Part shown: in pieces, positions 58,360 through 64,000 of the stretch
Position numbering within the stretch: position 1 is the stretch's first letter
Layout: each line of letters begins with the position of its first letter
NCBI GenBank assembly: GCA_963810095.1
Contig: CAWEMM010000011.1
Coordinates: 160,001-224,000, forward strand
Length of the DNA stretch: 64,000 nucleotides
Direction: 5' to 3'
Source of the DNA: an uncultured Chloroflexia bacterium
GTDB lineage: Bacteria; Chloroflexota; Anaerolineae; CG2-30-64-16
Translations under genes and position numbers: made by a program
Notes under the pieces: model-generated
Databases searched by the model: none
What the model saw: the letters and a program-made list of their open reading frames with translations, nothing else
What the model was told of the DNA's origin: nothing

Positions 58360-58393
58360 TGTATATCATATCACATAACTAAGGGCATGTCAA
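58360..58393 (-). promoter_or_regulatory. Sigma70 promoter of the Crp/Fnr gene overlapped by a Crp-like box
   Basis: Minus strand has TTGACA (58393-58388), a 17-bp spacer and TATGAT (58370-58365). TGTAT-N6-TCACA at 58360-58375 straddles the -10 element. Confidence 0.7.
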
Positions 58394-58434
58394 TGTGCAA
58401 AAAGGGACAATTGCAATCGCCTGTGCAGAAATAG

Positions 58435-58467
58435 AGAAGCCGGTTTCCTACGCAGAAACCGGCTTCT
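58435..58467. repeat. AGAAACCGG-family palindrome after sdhB
   Basis: AGAAGCCGGTTTC-CTACGCA-GAAACCGGCTTCT. Confidence 0.7.
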
Positions 58468-58486
58468 GAACTACCAGACCGGAACG

Positions 58487-59188
58487 CTACTTCACTTCGC
58501 CCGTGACAATCGCACGCGTCACCTCGCGGATCGCCCGGGTGATTTCGATGTCGCGCGGGCAGGCTTCCGTGCAGTTGTAGATCGTCCGGCACTTCCAGAC
58601 GCCGTTGGCCTCGGCCAGGATCGCGAGCCGCACTTGCGCGCCCTGGTCCCGGTCATCAAAGATCCAACGATGGGCCTGAACGATGGCGGCCGGGCCGACG
58701 TAGCTGCCGTCCGCCCAGAAGCTGGGGCACGACGTGGTGCAGGCCGCGCACAGGATGCACTTGGTCGTATCGTCGAACCGGGCGCGCGCCTCTGCGCTCT
58801 GCAGCCGCTCGGTGTAGGGCGGATCGTCCTCGTTGATCATAAACGGCTTGATCGACTTGTACTGCCGCCAGAAGGGTTCCATGTCGACGACAAGGTCCCG
58901 AATCACCGGCAGGCCCCGCAGCGGCTCGACCACGACGCTGCGCCCAACATCCTGCACCAGCATCTTGCAGGCCAGGCGGTTCCGGCCGTTGATGACCATC
59001 GCGTCCGAGCCGCACACCCCGTGCGCGCAGGAGCGCCGGAAGGTCACCGTGCCGTCCTGGTTCTCCTTGATGCTCTGCAGCACGTCGAGCACGCGATCCA
59101 TCTTCTGCGCTTCGACTTTGAACTCCGACCAGTAGGGCCGGCGGTCCTTCTCGGGATTGAAGCGTCGAATCTTGACCTTTACGTTCAT
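58487..59188 (-). CDS. sdhB: Succinate dehydrogenase/fumarate reductase iron-sulfur subunit
   Basis: RRSCAHGVCGSD...LAC (2Fe-2S), CILCAACTTSCP (4Fe-4S) and CRTIYNCTEACP (3Fe-4S). Confidence 0.95.
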   Translation of the reverse strand: MNVKVKIRRFNPEKDRRPYWSEFKVEAQKMDRVLDVLQSIKENQDGTVTFRRSCAHGVCGSDAMVINGRNRLACKMLVQDVGRSVVVEPLRGLPVIRDLVVDMEPFWRQYKSIKPFMINEDDPPYTERLQSAEARARFDDTTKCILCAACTTSCPSFWADGSYVGPAAIVQAHRWIFDDRDQGAQVRLAILAEANGVWKCRTIYNCTEACPRDIEITRAIREVTRAIVTGEVK

Positions 59189-59200
59189 CGTCGCCCTCGC

Positions 59201-60994
59201 TTAGTAGACGCGCTTGGCCGGCACGTAGCGGCCCAATCGCACGGGCTTGCTGCTCATCTTCACCCCGTCTTCCGGAAGCCGGAAGGCGAGCGAGTGCTTG
59301 AGCCAGTTTTCGTCGTCCCGCTCCGGATAGTCTTCCCGGTAATGGCCGCCCCGGCTTTCCTTGCGGTCGAGCGCCGCCACCGTGGTCACGGTCGCCAGGT
59401 CGAGCAGGCAGCCAAGCTCCCACGTCTCGAGCAGCTCGGTGTTCCAGCGCAGCCCCTTATCCATGATCGTGATCCGGCGCCAGCGTTCCTTGAGATCACG
59501 CAGCTTCTCCAGCGCGCTCGTCAGGAACTCCTCCGTTCGGAACACGCTGACCTGATCCATCATCACGGAGCGCATCTCCTTACGGATTTGGCCCGCCACC
59601 TCGCCCCCATCAGAATGCCGGATGCGCTCGAGCTCCGCAGCCGCGTCGGCCTCCTGGTTCGCGGGCAACTCAGGGAAGGCCGCCTTCTGGGCGTACAGCG
59701 CAGCGCAGATGCCGGCGCGGCGCCCAAAGACCAGGATGTCGACCAACGAGTTCGTCCCCAGCCGGTTCGCCCCATGCACCGACACACACGCGCACTCGCC
59801 CGCGGCAAAAAAGCCGGGGATGGGGTTGTTGTCGGAGTCTACCACGACTTGCCCGTCGTTGTCGGTCGGGATGCCGCCCATTGCATAGTGCGCCGTCGGC
59901 TGGATGGGCAGCGGCTTCTTGACCGGGTCGAGTTGGAGGTAGGTGAGGCAGAAATCGGAGATGTCGGGCAGCTTCTGGCGGATCATTTCCGCCGTGATGC
60001 GGCGCGGCGTCCCGTCAGGGTTCTTCACCCCATCGGCCTCGAAATACTTGTTCACCGTTTCGGGACGGACGTCGAGTAACACGTAGTCGTGCCCGTCGAC
60101 CCCGCGGCCCGCCTGCACCTCTCGGTAGATCGCCCGCGAGACGACGTCGCGTGATGCGAGGTCCTTGACTGTCGGCGCATAGTTGGGCATGAAGCGCTCG
60201 CCTTGGCCGTTGATGAGCACGCCGCCCTCGCCGCGCACGCCCTCGGTGAGCAGGATGCCCAGGCCAAGGATGCCGGTCGGATGGAACTGGTAGAACTCCA
60301 TGTCCTCGAGGGGGATGCCGCGGCGGTACGCCACCGCGCAGCCATCGCCCGTCAGCGCGTAGGCGTTGGACGTGATCTTCCAGATACGGCCGAACCCGCC
60401 CGTGGCAAAGATCGTCGCCTTGCTGTGGAACGTGTGGAGTGTGCCGCTGTCGATGTGAATGGCCACGACGCCGGCAACCTGGCCTTCGGCGTTCACCAGC
60501 AAGTCCAACACCTGGAACTCGTCATAGAAGGTGACGTTGTTCTTGATGCACTGCTGGTAGACGGTCTGTAGGATCATGTGCCCCGTGCGGTCGGCCGCAT
60601 GGCAGGCCCGGCGGACGGGTTGCTTGGTGGCGTTGTTCGTGTGGCCGCCGAAGGGCCGCTGCGCGATCCGGCCGTCCGGCGTCCGGTCGAACGGCAGGCC
60701 CATGTGCTCGAGATCGTACACCATGGAGACGGCCTCGGTGCACAGGATTTCGGCAGAGTCCTGATCGACCAGGTAATCGCCGCCCTTGATGGTATCGTAG
60801 ATGTGCCACTCGGGATGGTCTTCTTCCATGTTCCCGAGCGCGGCGCCGATCCCGCCCTGGGCAGCGCCCGTGTGCGAGCGCGTCGGATAGAGCTTGCTGA
60901 TCACCGCCGTCTTCGCACCCTGCGACGCGTACAAGGCGGCCATCAGCCCGGCCCCACCCGCACCCACCACGATCACGTCAAATCGATGCAACAT
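59201..60994 (-). CDS. sdhA: Succinate dehydrogenase/fumarate reductase flavoprotein subunit
   Basis: [16 protein letters not shown] (covalent FAD His), [31 protein letters not shown] and ESRGGH. Confidence 0.96.
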   Translation of the reverse strand: MLHRFDVIVVGAGGAGLMAALYASQGAKTAVISKLYPTRSHTGAAQGGIGAALGNMEEDHPEWHIYDTIKGGDYLVDQDSAEILCTEAVSMVYDLEHMGLPFDRTPDGRIAQRPFGGHTNNATKQPVRRACHAADRTGHMILQTVYQQCIKNNVTFYDEFQVLDLLVNAEGQVAGVVAIHIDSGTLHTFHSKATIFATGGFGRIWKITSNAYALTGDGCAVAYRRGIPLEDMEFYQFHPTGILGLGILLTEGVRGEGGVLINGQGERFMPNYAPTVKDLASRDVVSRAIYREVQAGRGVDGHDYVLLDVRPETVNKYFEADGVKNPDGTPRRITAEMIRQKLPDISDFCLTYLQLDPVKKPLPIQPTAHYAMGGIPTDNDGQVVVDSDNNPIPGFFAAGECACVSVHGANRLGTNSLVDILVFGRRAGICAALYAQKAAFPELPANQEADAAAELERIRHSDGGEVAGQIRKEMRSVMMDQVSVFRTEEFLTSALEKLRDLKERWRRITIMDKGLRWNTELLETWELGCLLDLATVTTVAALDRKESRGGHYREDYPERDDENWLKHSLAFRLPEDGVKMSSKPVRLGRYVPAKRVY

Positions 60995-61090
60995 GTCAGG
61001 GACACGCTCCTTTCAAGAAGCGATTGAAGGTCGATCTTGTTCTGGAGTCACTGCGGGCTCCGCGCCCGAAGTTCACCCCAAAGTGCGCAT

Positions 61091-61531
61091 CTATTGCGCG
61101 GCATAGACAAAGACGAGAAAGACTGCGGCGCCTATCAAAGACAGCCAAATCACGAAGAGCAGGGCCTTCAGCCAGGCCAACAGCAGCGGATGCCGGACGT
61201 AGTCGCCCAGAATGACCCGGATGCCGTTGTAGCCGTGGGTTGCCGCCAGCAGGAAGAGCAGGAAGCTCCAGATCTGCCAGAAGGCGTTGGAAAAGACGGC
61301 GGGCTCCCCGGCCGAGTCGGTGATATGGAACGAGATTGGGAAAAAGGCCCAACGCATCTGTGCGCCCACGCTCAGCGTGCCCGCTCCCCCGCTGAGGTTC
61401 GCGTAGACGAGATTGAAGGCGCCGATGAGCAAGAACAGGATCCCCGTGACCCGCGTGAGGAACCACATCAGCGTTTCGAATTTGCTGCCCGTGCGACCGC
61501 GGGCCATCCGAGCCGTATCTGTAGTCATCAT
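61091..61531 (-). CDS. sdhD: Succinate dehydrogenase hydrophobic anchor subunit
   Basis: Three TM segments, WFLTRVTG and HGYNGIRVILGDY. Upstream of sdhA. Confidence 0.85.
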   Translation of the reverse strand: MMTTDTARMARGRTGSKFETLMWFLTRVTGILFLLIGAFNLVYANLSGGAGTLSVGAQMRWAFFPISFHITDSAGEPAVFSNAFWQIWSFLLFLLAATHGYNGIRVILGDYVRHPLLLAWLKALLFVIWLSLIGAAVFLVFVYAAQ

Positions 61532-61538
61532 TCGCCTC

Positions 61539-61934
61539 TCAAAGCTTGACGCCCATGATCATCAGCGCGGCAGGAAGCAGGAACATGGGCAGGAAGAGCG
61601 CCCATTGGACCCACATCGCCTCGCGGTTGAACTTCCACAGGCCCGGGAACATATCCAGGACGACGATCCGCAAGCCGTTGAACGCGTGATACAGCACGGC
61701 AAAGAGCATGAAGATCTGCATGGGCAGCGCTTCGTAGAAGTCGGTCAGCGCGGCCGCGATCGCATTCGTTGCACCGCCCGGCACGGCATAGAGGAAGAAG
61801 GCCGCAAAGACGTGCATGGATACGAAGATGACGATGCCGATGCCGCTGATGCGGTGCAACAGCCAGGCAAGCATTGGCATGCCACCGCGGTACGAGAGGG
61901 CAGTCGGTAAAGGTACTCGGGCTACTTTGCTCAT
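61539..61934 (-). CDS. sdhC: Succinate dehydrogenase cytochrome b556 subunit
   Basis: AWLLHRISG and YHAFNGLRIV motifs with three TM segments. Confidence 0.88.
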   Translation of the reverse strand: MSKVARVPLPTALSYRGGMPMLAWLLHRISGIGIVIFVSMHVFAAFFLYAVPGGATNAIAAALTDFYEALPMQIFMLFAVLYHAFNGLRIVVLDMFPGLWKFNREAMWVQWALFLPMFLLPAALMIMGVKL

Positions 61935-61960
61935 GGCTACCTCATTCAGCGCGAAAAGAG

Positions 61961-63082
61961 CTAATTGTCTAGCGCTCCCTGGTTGATCCATTTCTCGATC
62001 AACTGGATTTGCTGCTGCGGTAATGGCCGGCTGGGCGGCATCTGGCCGCCGGCCGGCGTCTTGATCCCGTTCAGCATCTGCGCCAGGATGCTGTTCGCCG
62101 CATCGCCGGGTGTAATCACCGGCGCGTTGTCGCCGGTCGTCATCACTGCGTTATAGTCCGTGACCTTGTAGCCGCCCTTCGCGCGCGCGCCGTGGCAGCT
62201 CAAGCAGCGCTTATCGAAAATCGGCTTTACGTGCTGCTTGAAGCTGACCGTCTCGATCGTGTTCGGGTCCACGACAGGGACCGCGCCTCCACCCGTATCC
62301 GTCGCCTCTGTCTCGGGCGGCGTGTACCAAGCCGAGATGAATTCGATGATGGCCTTGATGTCCGGATCGGTCAGCGCGCCGCCGTTAGCCAAGCCGAAAG
62401 GCGGCATGCCCAGCGACTCCCAGCCGTAGTCGATCACGTTGAAGATGGCGTCGGCCGTCGGCTGCGTGTGCGTAATCAGGAATGACTCGTCGTTAAGCGG
62501 GTTCGTGAACTCGCCGGGCTGGTCGGGCAGCTCGGCACCCTCGCCGTTCTCGCCGTGGCACTTGGCGCAGTTGTCTGCGTACAATTTCCCCCCGGCCTCG
62601 ATGCGCGCCTGCTTGTCGCCACCCACGTTGGCGGCCTCAGCCTGCGGGGGCGTTGTCACGACGGCTTGAACGGTGAGGAACACCATGCCTGCGACGATTG
62701 CGAGCATGGCGACAGTCGCGATGGGCCGGTTACGGGGATGACGCTTCGGATTCCTGTCGAAGAAAGGCAGGCCAAAGAGACCCACCGCCAGCAGCACACC
62801 CAGGCCGACAATGGCGACGCCTTCCAGTTGGCCCGGGAAATACTTGAGCAGCTGGAACATCCAGAGGAAATACCACTCGGGCCGCGGCACGTATGAGCTG
62901 TCAGCTGGGTTGGCAGGCGGCTCGTTGGGCACGCCCAGGAAGACCGCCAGCAGAATCAGGACGACGAAGATGAGCAGCGAGACAATCGCATCCTTGGCAA
63001 TCGAATGCGGAAAGAAGAGCTCGCCCTCGGCCTTCTTCTCCTTATAACGCTTCATGTATTTCTGCTTCTCAGCTTCGTTCAT
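61961..63082 (-). CDS. qcrC: Cytochrome b subunit IV (PetD/QcrC-type) fused to a diheme cytochrome c region
   Basis: FFP...PANP....PRPEWYFL (PEWY) and LPFFDR, then CAKCH with MPPF and a second heme domain VSF...VKPIFDKRCLSCH...MPP...WINQGA. Confidence 0.85.
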   Translation of the reverse strand: MNEAEKQKYMKRYKEKKAEGELFFPHSIAKDAIVSLLIFVVLILLAVFLGVPNEPPANPADSSYVPRPEWYFLWMFQLLKYFPGQLEGVAIVGLGVLLAVGLFGLPFFDRNPKRHPRNRPIATVAMLAIVAGMVFLTVQAVVTTPPQAEAANVGGDKQARIEAGGKLYADNCAKCHGENGEGAELPDQPGEFTNPLNDESFLITHTQPTADAIFNVIDYGWESLGMPPFGLANGGALTDPDIKAIIEFISAWYTPPETEATDTGGGAVPVVDPNTIETVSFKQHVKPIFDKRCLSCHGARAKGGYKVTDYNAVMTTGDNAPVITPGDAANSILAQMLNGIKTPAGGQMPPSRPLPQQQIQLIEKWINQGALDN

Positions 63083-63151
63083 CGAAACGTCCTTCGTGTG
63101 CGGTGCAACCCAAGCACGCTTTCTAGAGCGTGAGATGCAGGCGATTGCGTT

Positions 63152-63868
63152 CTATTCGTCGCGCTCCGGGGGTGCCGTAATGCCGATACGGATGATCAGA
63201 TACATGTGCACGCCGATTAGCCCTAACAGCATGATTGGCATCCACCAGATGTGCAGCCCATAGAAGCGGGCGAGCGTCACCGCGCCAATGGTCGTGCCTC
63301 CCCGTGCGATCTCTTCAAAAGTCTTGCCGACGATGGGCACGGCGCCGATGATGCTCGTGCCGACGGAGGTGGCCCAATATGCCTTCTGGTTCCAGGGCAG
63401 CAAGTAGCCTGAGAAGCCGAGCAGCATCACGACCAGGAGCAGCAGCGCGCCGGTGATCCAGGTCAACTCACGCGGCCACTTGTATGCGCCGACGAAGAAT
63501 GCTTTGAGCATGTGCAGGAAGACGACCAGCACCATGAGCGTTGCGCCCCAGTGGTGCATGCCGCGGATGAGCCACCCGAAAGCCACGTCGTTCATGATGA
63601 ACTGGATGCTTTCGTAGGCATGGTCGGGCGAGGGCACATAGTAGATGGTGAGCAGCATGCCCGTGACGACCTGCAGCAACGCGAGGATCGTGCTGGCGCT
63701 CCCTAAAGTGTAGAACCAGTTGGTCTCGGGCACCGCGCGCGCAAAGACCGTGTTCCAGATCGTCGTGAGGCCCGCACGCTCATCGAGCCAGTCGAAAACC
63801 GCGCGGCCGCGACTGCGAGGCGCCTCATTGGCGCGCCCACCGCCGTCGGGAAGGGGTGCTTGGGCCAC
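63152..63868 (-). CDS. qcrB: Cytochrome b6-type subunit (split cytochrome b, N-terminal four TM segments)
   Basis: QVVTG..L..YYVPS, GWLIRGMHHWGA, FLHML, RELTW.TG, GYLLPWNQ, LARFYGLH and GVHM. Confidence 0.92.
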   Translation of the reverse strand: MAQAPLPDGGGRANEAPRSRGRAVFDWLDERAGLTTIWNTVFARAVPETNWFYTLGSASTILALLQVVTGMLLTIYYVPSPDHAYESIQFIMNDVAFGWLIRGMHHWGATLMVLVVFLHMLKAFFVGAYKWPRELTWITGALLLLVVMLLGFSGYLLPWNQKAYWATSVGTSIIGAVPIVGKTFEEIARGGTTIGAVTLARFYGLHIWWMPIMLLGLIGVHMYLIIRIGITAPPERDE

Positions 63869-63870
63869 GG

Positions 63871-64000
63871 CTACGCCTCCAGTAGAATCTCGATTTGCCC
63901 GTTTGTGATCCTTGATTGGAATTGATCCAGGGACCGGGGGGGCGGCCCGCTGACGACCTTGCCGAGCACATCGAACACCCCATCGTGACAGGGGCAGAAA
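63871..64000 (-). CDS. qcrA: Rieske iron-sulfur protein, 3' end (partial; homopolymer frameshift about 63938)
   Basis: Minus strand reads FCPCHDGVFDVLGKVVSGPPP (Rieske box II), then after a shift LDQFQSRITNGQIEILLEA-stop, ending just upstream of cytochrome b. Confidence 0.85.
   Translation of the reverse strand, partial: FCPCHDGVFDVLGKVVSGPPPRSLDQFQSRITNGQIEILLEA

Overview
High-GC bacterial chromosome segment. Gene content and architecture point to Chloroflexota, probably Anaerolineae/Caldilineae-like (inference). Most of it is housekeeping and metabolism: a Ca2+-type P-type ATPase, glcF plus a probable glcD-glcE fusion, dgt, an Xaa-Pro peptidase, ffh-rpsP-khpA-rimM-dprA-manC-topA-xerC, ftsH, a corrinoid protein, a very divergent GroEL paralogue with a beta-propeller gene and hemD, a LacI/amidohydrolase pair, tungsten AOR with moaD, a kinase/NarL/receiver/ECF-sigma cascade, nadE, a lycopene cyclase, a LysM lipoprotein, rsmA, lepA, a Crp/Fnr regulator, and a Rieske/cytochrome b complex running directly into sdhCDAB. 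About 15 single-base frameshifts in 12 genes, including rimM, ftsH and nadE, indicate long-read indel errors rather than real pseudogenes. The best candidate for an undescribed system is a three-gene accessory cassette at about 48.4-54.7 kb: calcineurin-like metallophosphoesterase, then a pentapeptide-repeat/2TM ion-channel fusion, then a roughly 1300-aa NLR-like STAND NTPase. It looks like an Avs/NACHT-type defence or cell-death module. Several families of intergenic palindromic repeats, a 17-bp tandem repeat and clear operator/promoter motifs are also visible. All calls come from reading motifs by eye; no database search was run.
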